DNA of 64,000 bases from a virus. Both the position numbers and the translations under genes were made by a program. Under the pieces are notes generated by a model. The model ran no database searches. It saw nothing but the letters and a program-made list of their open reading frames with translations, and had not been told where the DNA came from. Where the stretch lies: IMG/VR virus record IMGVR_UViG_3300023174_000050, positions 96,001-160,000 of that record; one strand, given 5' to 3'. Below are positions 39,037 through 48,840 of the stretch, piece after piece; position 1 is the first letter of the stretch; each line of letters begins with the position of its first letter.

Positions 39037-39920
39037 GGAAATTGAAACTAGGGTTTACAGATACCCACGATCATTTACTGCAATTCTTTTATAATTTATT
39101 AGCTAATAGATTTGATATTGAAATTATAGATGTAGAAAAGGAAACTCCCGATTATTTAATTTTTGGTGATGCTAATTTTGGTACTAACAATAAAAAGTTT
39201 TCTAAAAAGGACTGTATAAAGATTTTTTATACTGGAGAAAATCAGAGACCTGAAGATTACGATTGTCATTATGCAATTAGTTTTGACCACAATTTTAATA
39301 ATTGGCATTATCGTTTGCCGCTATTTGTTATCTATATGTGGTCATTAGATATGATCCACAATACTAAATATGGTTATTATCATATTTTAGGGGAACATAA
39401 TCCTATTCTAAAAACAGATTTTGCCTCTTTTGTGGTTGCAAATCCTAAATGTAATGAACGCAACGAATTTTTTAAAAAGCTAAATGCTATTAAAAAAGTA
39501 GATAGCGGCGGCCCTTTATATAATAATACCGGAACAAATCTTGAAGGCGAAGTTGCTAAAATTGATTTTTTGGCTAAGCGTAAATTTAATATTTGCTTTG
39601 AGTCTGGTTCTTATCCCGGGTACACTACAGAAAAAATTCTACATGCATTTTACGCAAGAACTATTCCTATTTACTGGGGAAGTCCTACAGTAACATCTGA
39701 TTTTAATATTCAATCTTTTATTAATGTACATGATTTCAATAATACAGATGAAGTTATTGAATACGTTATGAGATTAGATTCGGATGAAGATTTATATAAT
39801 AGAGTTATTTCTGCACCTCCTTTAGCTTCCGGAATACCTAGAGATTATATGATATTGAATAATTTCCTAAATTGGTTTGATTCAGTTGTTTATAACAAAA
39901 TAGATATGAGAGAAGAATGA
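39033..39920 (+). CDS. GT10 alpha-1,3/4-fucosyltransferase-like
   Basis: FYTGEN, KFNICFES..GYTTEKI, IPIYWG. Confidence 0.88.
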   Translation: MRKLKLGFTDTHDHLLQFFYNLLANRFDIEIIDVEKETPDYLIFGDANFGTNNKKFSKKDCIKIFYTGENQRPEDYDCHYAISFDHNFNNWHYRLPLFVIYMWSLDMIHNTKYGYYHILGEHNPILKTDFASFVVANPKCNERNEFFKKLNAIKKVDSGGPLYNNTGTNLEGEVAKIDFLAKRKFNICFESGSYPGYTTEKILHAFYARTIPIYWGSPTVTSDFNIQSFINVHDFNNTDEVIEYVMRLDSDEDLYNRVISAPPLASGIPRDYMILNNFLNWFDSVVYNKIDMREE

Positions 39921-40636
39921 ATATACAAACTTTTATTTTTAATTGGCGCGGACAATACGAAAAGACAATAGAAAAAGAAATACAACTTTTGTCTATAGGT
40001 AAACATCCTATCGTAATTAATAGTGATGATGAAAAAACAAAAGAGGGTTGGTATAACATAGGTGAAGCTAGTTATTTTACAGATCAATTTCTAAAAGCAA
40101 TTGAGTTATTTGATGGTGATGTATTATTCCATATTCAGGGCGACGCGTCATATGATGATTGGGAAAAATTATATGCAGATGCTGAGAAATATTTTGAAGA
40201 AACAGAATGGGGAATCTATGCCCCAAATGTAGATTATACTTGGTATGATGCCTCAAGAACAGATATTGAATCCATTGGCTTTCCTTTGGATAAATTAAAA
40301 ATTGTAGCAAACACAGATTGTACTTGTTGGTTTATTCACAAAGATGTAATTAATTGGTACAAGGAACGTAAATTAGATTTTTCTAAGTACAAAATGGGGT
40401 GGTGCTGGGATATTATTTTTCCTGCATTATGTTTTATAAATCAAAGACCAGTTATCCGAGACTATGCTCATACTATTGACCATCCTAGAGGAACCAATTA
40501 TAATACAGATCAGGCTGAAAAAGAGATGTGGCAACTATTTGAAACATTACCCAAAGATCTAAAAGAAGCGTTTAGTTATATTAAAGGCGAAAGAGAAAAC
40601 CTATCTAAATACTATGCAGAAAATCATATCGTTTAG
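39917..40636 (+). CDS. Hypothetical, possibly GT-A-like
   Basis: FHIQGDA, GIYAP, GWCWD; context. Confidence 0.4.
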   Translation: MNIQTFIFNWRGQYEKTIEKEIQLLSIGKHPIVINSDDEKTKEGWYNIGEASYFTDQFLKAIELFDGDVLFHIQGDASYDDWEKLYADAEKYFEETEWGIYAPNVDYTWYDASRTDIESIGFPLDKLKIVANTDCTCWFIHKDVINWYKERKLDFSKYKMGWCWDIIFPALCFINQRPVIRDYAHTIDHPRGTNYNTDQAEKEMWQLFETLPKDLKEAFSYIKGERENLSKYYAENHIV

Positions 40637-41252
40637 TCTATGGGGCAATGACCCTAAGTATTGTGTTGGCGCAATACGCAATGCTCAATTAGCGCAAAAA
40701 TATTTTCCCGACTGGATATGTAGATTTTATTGTAGCAGAGATGTTCCGGGAATTTATATATCCGCATTAAATGCTTTTGATAATACTAGAGTTTGGATAC
40801 GGCCAAAAGAAGATAACACCTTTGGAGCATTTTGGAGATTTGACGCAATGGAATCTAACACCATTGTATTATCTAGAGATTGCGATTCAAGATTATCTGA
40901 AAGAGAAAAACAAATTGTGGATGAATGGGTATCTTCTGATTCTAAATTATCTGTTATACGAGACCATGCCAATCATTATGAGTTTCCAATCCTTGCAGGG
41001 ATGTGGGGAATAAAAGATGGATTGAGTAAAGATATGGTATTAGGGCAATCTAAGTATAATACTCATCACACTTATCTAATGGATCAATTATGGTTAAGAG
41101 ATCTTGTTTGGCCTAGCCTACAGAACAATGCCATGATACATGGCATTAAAGAAACAATGTGGATGAGAAATTCTTATACTAAAATAGGTAAAGATTTTAT
41201 AGGACAAACTTATGATAGCAATGACAACCCAGTATACGATGGAAAATTATAA
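40614..41252 (+). CDS. Putative glycosyltransferase-like protein
   Basis: IISFSLWG, RDCDSR (DxD), IRDH, LAGMWG, DQLWL. Confidence 0.5.
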   Translation: MQKIISFSLWGNDPKYCVGAIRNAQLAQKYFPDWICRFYCSRDVPGIYISALNAFDNTRVWIRPKEDNTFGAFWRFDAMESNTIVLSRDCDSRLSEREKQIVDEWVSSDSKLSVIRDHANHYEFPILAGMWGIKDGLSKDMVLGQSKYNTHHTYLMDQLWLRDLVWPSLQNNAMIHGIKETMWMRNSYTKIGKDFIGQTYDSNDNPVYDGKL

Positions 41253-41980
41253 TGAGTAAAAAAGTAACAATCATCACACCAACAACAGGTTCACTTTATC
41301 TTAAAGAAAATTTGTTATCTGTTGCAGAGCAAACTTATGACAACATTGAACATCTTGTGGTAATTGATGGAACAAAATTTACCCCGAAGGTATCTTCAAA
41401 TTGGACGGTTAAATCTAAAGCCACATTTATGCAATTACCACATAATACGGGACACAGTCAATATAATGGTCATAGAATTTATGGAGCAATACCATTTCTA
41501 ATTGATTCAGACTATGTGCTGTTTTTGGATGAGGATAATTATATTAAACCCGATCATGTGGAGTCTTTAGTAAAAGTATGTGAAACAAATGACTGGGCAT
41601 TTTCATTAAGAACTATTGTAGATCATGCAAGTAACTATGTATGCCTTGATGATTGTGAAAATTTAGGTAAGTGGCCTACTTGCTTAAGTGAACAAGAATA
41701 TTTTGTAGATGTTGGAGCATACTTTTTACCCGTGCCGATAGCTGTTCAAATATCTCCTTTATGGTATCGCAGAGCAAGACATCCCGATGAACAACCAGAA
41801 GTAGATAGAATCATAATGCAAGTTCTTTTAGAACAAGGGTATTCTTATGATACTAATGGTAAATATACGTTACAATATAGAGTGGGTAATAGAGAAGATT
41901 CTGTTAAAGCCGATTTCTTTTTATGGGGTAACGCGCAAATGGAAGCAAAGTATAAGAATGGATTCCCATGGAGAAAATAA
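41252..41980 (+). CDS. GT2 glycosyltransferase
   Basis: VTIITPT, HLVVIDG, FLDEDN. Confidence 0.82.
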   Translation: MSKKVTIITPTTGSLYLKENLLSVAEQTYDNIEHLVVIDGTKFTPKVSSNWTVKSKATFMQLPHNTGHSQYNGHRIYGAIPFLIDSDYVLFLDEDNYIKPDHVESLVKVCETNDWAFSLRTIVDHASNYVCLDDCENLGKWPTCLSEQEYFVDVGAYFLPVPIAVQISPLWYRRARHPDEQPEVDRIIMQVLLEQGYSYDTNGKYTLQYRVGNREDSVKADFFLWGNAQMEAKYKNGFPWRK

Positions 41981-42714
41981 AACAAACAATACTACATACA
42001 CATTCTGGGTTAGGTGATACTTTATGTCTATATGGCATGGTAAAATATTTACTAGATACTAAGTATGAAAATATCTATTTAGTATGTAAAGATACCTATC
42101 TAGATTCCATCGCACATCTTTATAAAGATGATGATAATGTACATATTATTTCTATGCCTAATCCGGGTAACGATATGGCACAAGAAATGGCATACGCAGC
42201 CCATTTTTCTGAGACAGAAAATATACCTATTATACGAATAGGATTTGAGAACTTACAGCAACCTTTTCATTATTCTCAATTTTTTAATCAACTGTCGGTA
42301 CCATACGAAACCAGTTGGAATAATTTTCCGCACTTTGATTCTACGGATGAATCAAAAGAATTATATAAATCTTTAGATTTGGATGGAAAAGAATATGCGC
42401 TTTTAATTAATGAAAATTCATATGGTAAAAGCGATTTAAAAGTAACAACAGATTTACACACAGTATTACTACATAAAACTGAATTGGGTACAGGAGTATT
42501 TGATTGGTTGGATGTAATTAGAAATGCTTCTGTAATACATAGTGTAGGTACAGGACCCTTTCATCTTGTGGATCGCCTAGATAATTTAAAGGCAGTTGAT
42601 AACTTATATTTTCACAATGTCAGAGATGACTTTAAAACAATTAGCACGCGTTTAGAATGGAATTTAATTGAATATGAACAAACATCACTTGGTTATTGGC
42701 GATCTGATACTTGA
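41968..42714 (+). CDS. Putative GT-B/GT9-like protein
   Basis: HSGLGDTL, IHSVGTGPFHL. Confidence 0.45.
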   Translation: MEKIKQTILHTHSGLGDTLCLYGMVKYLLDTKYENIYLVCKDTYLDSIAHLYKDDDNVHIISMPNPGNDMAQEMAYAAHFSETENIPIIRIGFENLQQPFHYSQFFNQLSVPYETSWNNFPHFDSTDESKELYKSLDLDGKEYALLINENSYGKSDLKVTTDLHTVLLHKTELGTGVFDWLDVIRNASVIHSVGTGPFHLVDRLDNLKAVDNLYFHNVRDDFKTISTRLEWNLIEYEQTSLGYWRSDT

Positions 42715-43606
42715 TAGATTTATCTATGGCAATGCCAATAGAATATCTGCAGAAGCACCTTCATTAGTTTTAGATGTAGAAGAAGAAATAGATATGCTCG
42801 GTGGAGCATATAATGTTGCGGCTCATATAAGTTCTTTAGGTCATACTTGTAGTTTTGTAACTGTTACTGGTACAGATTTTGAATACAAGTATGAAAATTT
42901 TAAAGACAAATTTCATACAAAATGTAATCCTCTTATTTTAGGAGAGGAAAATCGTAGAACTTCCGTAAAAACTAGATTAATTTCTAAATATAAAAATACT
43001 CATTTATTAAGATATGATGATGAAACAATACGGGATATTGATGAACAGAATAGATTAAACATACTTTCCTATATAGATAGTAAAAAAAATGAGATTGATG
43101 ATATCATTATTATTGATTATAAAAAGGGAGTTGTTACAAAAGATCTTGCTGGAGTAATTATTAGATTTGCCAATCAAAATAACATACCTGTATATGTTGA
43201 TACTAAGAAAGATGACTTAGGATGCTTTGAGGGATGCAATATTATTAAACCTAACAAGTATGAGTTTGAGAAAATTAAATTAAGATATGCCCCAGATTGT
43301 GAAATAGAAGAAGCTTGTAAAATAATTTGCGATAAGTTAAATATAAAAAGAATTGTTGTTACTGCAGGGAATGAAGGTATATATGCGTATGATATAAATG
43401 AAGGACTTATTCATTCTGAGGCAATAAAGGTTGAAGTAAAGGAATTAAGCGGTGCAGGTGATTCTGTTCTTGCAGTATTAAGTTATTGTTTTTCTGAAGG
43501 TTACTCGTTTGCCAGTAGCGTGGATTATGCAAATAAACTGGCAGCAAAATTTGTTTCTTCAGGGATACAGTATAGAGCAAAAAAAGAAGATTTATTTGGA
43601 AGATAA
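42674..43606 (+). CDS. HldE/RfaE-type PfkB sugar kinase (kinase domain only)
   Basis: GDLILDRFIYG, RISAEAP, LGGAYNVA, IKPNKYE, GAGD. Confidence 0.85.
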   Translation: MNKHHLVIGDLILDRFIYGNANRISAEAPSLVLDVEEEIDMLGGAYNVAAHISSLGHTCSFVTVTGTDFEYKYENFKDKFHTKCNPLILGEENRRTSVKTRLISKYKNTHLLRYDDETIRDIDEQNRLNILSYIDSKKNEIDDIIIIDYKKGVVTKDLAGVIIRFANQNNIPVYVDTKKDDLGCFEGCNIIKPNKYEFEKIKLRYAPDCEIEEACKIICDKLNIKRIVVTAGNEGIYAYDINEGLIHSEAIKVEVKELSGAGDSVLAVLSYCFSEGYSFASSVDYANKLAAKFVSSGIQYRAKKEDLFGR

Positions 43607-43607
43607 T

Positions 43608-44615
43608 ATGAAACAATTTACAGCAGCAGTATTAAGGGAACATTATAAACCTTTAACCATAGAAACATTTAATGCAGAACAACCTCGCAAAGGCCAAGTT
43701 CTAGTAAAGATGATTACCTCTGGTTTATGCGGCGCACAAATTAATGAGATAGATGCAGTAAAGGGACAGGACAAATACCTACCTCATTTTATGGGACACG
43801 AAGGATTTGGACAAGTTATTGCTTTCGGCGAAGATGTTACTACAGTAAAAAAAGATGACTATGTTGTCCTACACTGGAAAATAGGAAGCGGTTGCGATTG
43901 TTTTGGTGGGAAGTATTTTAGCAAATTAGGTATAGTAGGTTCGGGTCCTGTGACTACTTTTGCAGAACAAACAATCGTTGCTGAAAATAGAGTAACACGA
44001 GTTGAGTTTGATACTGCATTAACCAATCTGTATCCTTTAATGGGATGTGCATTATCCACCGCATATGGAATTGTAAAATCAGATATTAAACCCGACTCAT
44101 CTGTTTTGATTACCGGGGCAGGCGGATTGGGATTAACTATTGCATTCTGGCTAAAAGTGTTATATAATACTAATGTAGTTGTGATGGACAAGTATGAATC
44201 TAAAGAAAAATATGTTAAAGAATTTGGTGCTACATTTGTTACCCCCGAAAAATTAAATGCGGATAAGTATGACTATGTGGTTGACACCACCGGGAATGTA
44301 GACGTTATTTCCATAGGATTTTCTTTAATTAAAAAGAAAGGTTCTTTGATACTTGTAGGCCAACCTAGAGTTGGAACAGATTTAGTTTTAAAGAATGCAT
44401 TATCTATATTTGACGGAATAAAAATATTTAGTTCAGATGGTGGAAATTTTGTTCCAGATGCAGATCTTCCGAACATTATTAAACACGTAAAGAATAATTT
44501 AAGTATGGCTAATAAATTAATTACCCATACTATAAAACTAGAAGATATTAACGAAGGCTTTGCCAAAATGAGGGGCGGCGAAGCAGGAAGAATTATTATT
44601 AATTTTAAGGAGTAA
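43608..44615 (+). CDS. Zn-dependent MDR alcohol dehydrogenase
   Basis: SGLCGAQ, MGHEG, LMGCALSTA, ITGAGGLG. Confidence 0.88.
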   Translation: MKQFTAAVLREHYKPLTIETFNAEQPRKGQVLVKMITSGLCGAQINEIDAVKGQDKYLPHFMGHEGFGQVIAFGEDVTTVKKDDYVVLHWKIGSGCDCFGGKYFSKLGIVGSGPVTTFAEQTIVAENRVTRVEFDTALTNLYPLMGCALSTAYGIVKSDIKPDSSVLITGAGGLGLTIAFWLKVLYNTNVVVMDKYESKEKYVKEFGATFVTPEKLNADKYDYVVDTTGNVDVISIGFSLIKKKGSLILVGQPRVGTDLVLKNALSIFDGIKIFSSDGGNFVPDADLPNIIKHVKNNLSMANKLITHTIKLEDINEGFAKMRGGEAGRIIINFKE

Positions 44616-44617
44616 GA

Positions 44618-45820
44618 ATGAGAAAAACATGGACAGAACAAGAGCTTATTGCTTTTGAAGATAGGATCGGCGAATTATATTTAGATAATAAATTGCCATT
44701 TTTGTTTCATTTATCTGGTGGCAATGAAAAAGAATTAATTGATATTTTTAAAGATATCAAAGAAGGCGATTATGTTATTTCTAATCATAGAAGCCACTAT
44801 CATGCATTGCTCCATGGCATTCCCCCCGAAGTGGTTGAGGATAGAATTTTAAATGGTCGTAGTATGTTTATCTATGATCGTGAAAGAAACTTTTTCTGTT
44901 CTGCTATTATTGGTGGCACTCCCGCAATTGCTGCAGGTATTGCCTGGGCATTGAAACGTAAAGGATCCGATAAAAAGGTATGGTGTTTTATTGGCGATGG
45001 CACAGAAGATAATGGTCACACATATGAAGCAATTCGGTATGTAGATGGTTGGGATTTACCGTGTAAATTTGTAATTGAAAATAACAATCGTTCTGTGGAA
45101 GCATCCAACGAAGAGCGTTGGGGCAAGCAAGCAGACTATGTTTGGAACTCACCTTCAGTAATTAAGTATTACTATAACATCACATATCCTCATGCTAGAA
45201 AACCCGGTATGATTGATTTATCTAAAGCTGTTAAGAAAACTGACGATGATTACTTTCCTAAGTTGCCAGAAATATCCTATCCAAACATTACTGGATCTGG
45301 TCTAAGTTATAAAGAAACAGCAACAAAAGTTATGACAGAGTTAGGCAATGAAGGTTTTATCTTTGTTGGTTATAATGTTAACAATGCCCCAGGCGGTAAT
45401 GCTATGGGCACACTTAAAAATGTTCCAGACAATCAAAAATTAGAAACGCCTGTTGCTGAAAATTTAATGGCTGGACTTTGTATCGGTATGAGTTTTGAAG
45501 GATATAAACCTGTACTATATATTGAACGACATGATTTTATTCTAGTTGCAATGGATGCTATTGTAAACCATATTGATAAGATTGAGCGTATATCTCATGG
45601 CGAGTATAAAGTCCCAGTTATTATTAGAGCAGTTACTGCCGATGCTGGTCCTTTCTATTCAGGCATTACCCATACACAAGACTTTACTAATATGTTTAAG
45701 GCAGCTGTTAGTATTCCAGTTTATGATCCTGTAACAGGAAATGATTTAGAAGAAGCATATGCTAAAGCAAAATATAGTGGCAGACCTGCTATCATTGTTG
45801 AAAGAAAGTCTAGATATTGA
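44618..45820 (+). CDS. Fused TPP-dependent E1 alpha/beta (transketolase-like) enzyme
   Basis: GDG...ENNN TPP motif in N-half; ETPVAENLMAG beta-type motif in C-half. Confidence 0.8.
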   Translation: MRKTWTEQELIAFEDRIGELYLDNKLPFLFHLSGGNEKELIDIFKDIKEGDYVISNHRSHYHALLHGIPPEVVEDRILNGRSMFIYDRERNFFCSAIIGGTPAIAAGIAWALKRKGSDKKVWCFIGDGTEDNGHTYEAIRYVDGWDLPCKFVIENNNRSVEASNEERWGKQADYVWNSPSVIKYYYNITYPHARKPGMIDLSKAVKKTDDDYFPKLPEISYPNITGSGLSYKETATKVMTELGNEGFIFVGYNVNNAPGGNAMGTLKNVPDNQKLETPVAENLMAGLCIGMSFEGYKPVLYIERHDFILVAMDAIVNHIDKIERISHGEYKVPVIIRAVTADAGPFYSGITHTQDFTNMFKAAVSIPVYDPVTGNDLEEAYAKAKYSGRPAIIVERKSRY

Positions 45821-46653
45821 TGGAAAAATATTATGTCGAGGATAGCGAATTTAATTATATTCGTTATAATAGTTTACCGATTCTTGCAGACCATATATTA
45901 GATCATCCTGTAGAATACTATAAAGGATGGGGTGTTACTGTTGCACATAATAAACCTATAGGATTAGGTGAAGTAGAACAGTATCATTCTGTTTTTGTTA
46001 ATGCGGATTTAATAGAACAGTATATAGATACACTTACTAGTATTACGGTACCATATCATTTAATAACCGGCAATGCCGATAGAATAATACCAGATGAGAC
46101 AATACAAAGAGTATTGCAAACTAAAATTGTAACTTGGACTGCTCATAACTGTAAAAAGATTGATGAAAGATTTTTACAAATACCAATGGGCTTTACAGAA
46201 ATGGGGTCTCAAAGGCCTAACAGTTTTACTGAGTATATGGAATGCCCAAAAGAAAAATTAATTCCAGTTATAGTAACTCCGTTTGGTGCTACTCATGGTA
46301 GTAGATCTGATCTTAATAATTTATATGGAGATGGAATTTTAAATTTAAAAGGCAGAATAGATTATGAGCAGTTTTTAACATTGCTTTCAATATCTAAATA
46401 TTCTTGCTGCCCTCGAGGCAATGCTTTGGATTCTCATAGATTTGTAGAATCCATATTATGCAATAGTATACCTATAGTAATGACTTCTGATTTAGATCCT
46501 GTGTATAAAGAAATGGGCGCAATTATAGTAAATGATTGGAACGAATGTAAAGATATTGAAAATTTGCCGACACCTATTTTAAATCGCGATGTAATAACAA
46601 TGCAATATTGGCAAGATAAAATTACAGAACATCAACAAAAATATGAAAGATAA
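45817..46653 (+). CDS. Exostosin/GT47-like protein
   Basis: CCPRGNALDSHRFVESILCNSIPIV. Confidence 0.7.
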   Translation: MMEKYYVEDSEFNYIRYNSLPILADHILDHPVEYYKGWGVTVAHNKPIGLGEVEQYHSVFVNADLIEQYIDTLTSITVPYHLITGNADRIIPDETIQRVLQTKIVTWTAHNCKKIDERFLQIPMGFTEMGSQRPNSFTEYMECPKEKLIPVIVTPFGATHGSRSDLNNLYGDGILNLKGRIDYEQFLTLLSISKYSCCPRGNALDSHRFVESILCNSIPIVMTSDLDPVYKEMGAIIVNDWNECKDIENLPTPILNRDVITMQYWQDKITEHQQKYER

Positions 46654-46655
46654 TA

Positions 46656-47477
46656 ATGTACAATACAAATCCTGAATATCTTACACTTAAAAAATTAACT
46701 AATATCTTAGGAATTCAAGGTGGCTTGATATTAGATATAGGTGCTCATGATGGTATATCTGGTTCTTGTGCATATCCATTTTGGAAAGATGAAACCGATA
46801 AATGGAAAGGCATAGCTGTAGAAATAGATCCTACAAGATGTGAAATCATGAAAAGTTCTTATGCTGGATTAACTGTTGCCGTAGAAAATATGAAGGTTAC
46901 TCCTGAAAATATTGTAGAACTTTTAGATGGTTATGACATAGACGAAGGAATAACTATTATGAATATTGACATTGACTCATATGATTTAGAAGTTGCTGAT
47001 ACAATGTTAACTGCAGGATATAGACCTGGAATTATAACTATTGAAGTTAATCCTATTATACCTCCTCCTATATATTTTGAAGTTTTATATCATCCTGAGC
47101 AGCATCATAGAGCAAACAATTTCTTTGGTTGTTCAATAACTGCAGCAATAGAAAAAGTTATACCACATGGTTATGTTCTATATTCTTATGAAATAGGAAA
47201 TGCTTTCTTTATACGAGAAGATTATGCTAGAAATAAAATAAAAAATATTAGTGCAGATGAAGCATATGATATGGGATATAGAAAAATGTCAGATTGGAAA
47301 GATCACTTTTGGTACCACGAACCATTGAGGGAATGGTTAGATATGGATCCCAAAGTTGTTATAGAAGAACTAAGAAAACATTTTACAGATATTATCAATG
47401 GCGAAGGTCCTCACGTCAATCCTAGTTGGACTGGCAAATATTGGTGGGAACCTAAATATATTTTAGAAATGAGGTAA
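46656..47477 (+). CDS. FkbM-like methyltransferase
   Basis: LDIGAHDG, MNIDIDSYD. Confidence 0.65.
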   Translation: MYNTNPEYLTLKKLTNILGIQGGLILDIGAHDGISGSCAYPFWKDETDKWKGIAVEIDPTRCEIMKSSYAGLTVAVENMKVTPENIVELLDGYDIDEGITIMNIDIDSYDLEVADTMLTAGYRPGIITIEVNPIIPPPIYFEVLYHPEQHHRANNFFGCSITAAIEKVIPHGYVLYSYEIGNAFFIREDYARNKIKNISADEAYDMGYRKMSDWKDHFWYHEPLREWLDMDPKVVIEELRKHFTDIINGEGPHVNPSWTGKYWWEPKYILEMR

Positions 47478-47479
47478 TA

Positions 47480-47770
47480 ATGATTAATTACAAATATAAT
47501 GAAGATGCTCTTTTAATAGAACTAAAAGAATATATTGATGCAACATATGGTCAGCATTATTCTCAAAATAAATTTCAAACAACTGAATTTATAATTGACA
47601 GCGGCCACGGTGTAGGGTTTACCGTTGGTAACATAATGAAGTATACCCAAAGATATGGAAAGAAAGCCGGAAGGAATAGACAAGACATACAAAAGGTGTT
47701 ACACTATGCTTTAATGCTGTTATATACGCATGACATTGAAACCAAGGAGCTATACAATGCAAATAAGTAA
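47480..47770 (+). CDS. Conserved T4-like protein (DUF3310-like)
   Basis: TYGQHY, GNIMKYTQRYGKK, KVLHYA; precedes gp45. Confidence 0.65.
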   Translation: MINYKYNEDALLIELKEYIDATYGQHYSQNKFQTTEFIIDSGHGVGFTVGNIMKYTQRYGKKAGRNRQDIQKVLHYALMLLYTHDIETKELYNANK

Positions 47771-48413
47771 TGAGACGATTCAAATTTTAAAGAACTTTGC
47801 TACAATCAATAGTAACATATTGATTCGAAAAGGCAAGGTATTATCAACAATTAGTACAGCAAAAAATATTTTTGCTCGTGCAGAAGTAACCGAGGACTTC
47901 CCTGAGGAGGTTGCGGTATATGATTTAAATTCTTTGTTGGCATTGCTGACATTAATGGAAAATCAAAATGTAGAATTTGGCGATAAGAGCTTAACCATTT
48001 CTAAAGACAATGGTAAGTTCGAATATTTTTATTCGGCACCAAATGTAATCGTAGCAGCCCCTGCTAAAGAAATTGAAATTGATACACACTATGAATTTAA
48101 ATTGACTGCAGAAGATGTTAATATGATTATGAAGGCATCTGCTATTACGGGTGCTCCAACAATTACAATTTCAAGTAAGGGTGAAAATGTAACCTTGACC
48201 GTTGGTGATAAAAAGAACGATACTGCAAATACCTATAAGAAAATTATTGGCACTAGTGAACATTCTTTTGATTGTCATATGGCAGTTGAAAACTTTAAGA
48301 TTGTTCCTGATGCATATAATGTTACAATCTCAAAGAAAAAGGCATTTCAGTTTAAACATGCGACAAAGCCACTGGGATATTTTATAGCAATGGAACCTGA
48401 TTCGGTGGTATAA
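47757..48413 (+). CDS. gp45: Sliding clamp gp45
   Basis: ETIQILKNFATINSNI, VYDLNSLL, YFIAMEPDS. Confidence 0.93.
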   Translation: MQISNETIQILKNFATINSNILIRKGKVLSTISTAKNIFARAEVTEDFPEEVAVYDLNSLLALLTLMENQNVEFGDKSLTISKDNGKFEYFYSAPNVIVAAPAKEIEIDTHYEFKLTAEDVNMIMKASAITGAPTITISSKGENVTLTVGDKKNDTANTYKKIIGTSEHSFDCHMAVENFKIVPDAYNVTISKKKAFQFKHATKPLGYFIAMEPDSVV

Positions 48414-48823
48414 TGAATGGACGTCGTTCTTTTGTTAAAGGCATCAGTTTGTTTGGTGCTTTGGGTGCTGGCTATGCTACAGCTCTTCTACAAGATAGAG
48501 TCACCCAAATGGCTAGCACCAGTGTACCTGATGCTGATAGTAATCCTGTTGTTGAGGACATAAGTCACCTAGCTCCGCTAGGATCTACAACACTTATTCT
48601 TTCAGCAAACAATGAACCGCCACCGCCGCCGCCACCGATAACATCTAGTGATGGAACTATATTCACAACAACCGGCGGGTATTATAGCATGGTATCTTCT
48701 ACATTACACATTAACAGTTCAGGTAATCCTGAACAAAATAATGTAAAAATGTCTGTGGGCAAAGATGATAGGTTGTGGATTGAAGTTGGTGGTAAGTGGC
48801 GCCGAGTTGCGCTTGACGCTTAA
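48413..48823 (+). CDS. Hypothetical protein with twin-arginine-like leader
   Basis: GRRSFVK followed by a hydrophobic stretch; poly-Pro linker. Confidence 0.55.
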   Translation: MNGRRSFVKGISLFGALGAGYATALLQDRVTQMASTSVPDADSNPVVEDISHLAPLGSTTLILSANNEPPPPPPPITSSDGTIFTTTGGYYSMVSSTLHINSSGNPEQNNVKMSVGKDDRLWIEVGGKWRRVALDA

Positions 48824-48840
48824 AATATTATGAGGTTATT

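Noticed and set aside
42674-43606. Complete ADP-heptose pathway
   Set aside because: Only the kinase domain is present; no gmhA, gmhB, adenylyltransferase or hldD in the window
44618-45820. Pyruvate dehydrogenase as a central-metabolism AMG
   Set aside because: Short fused form, no E2/E3 genes, and located in a glycan island
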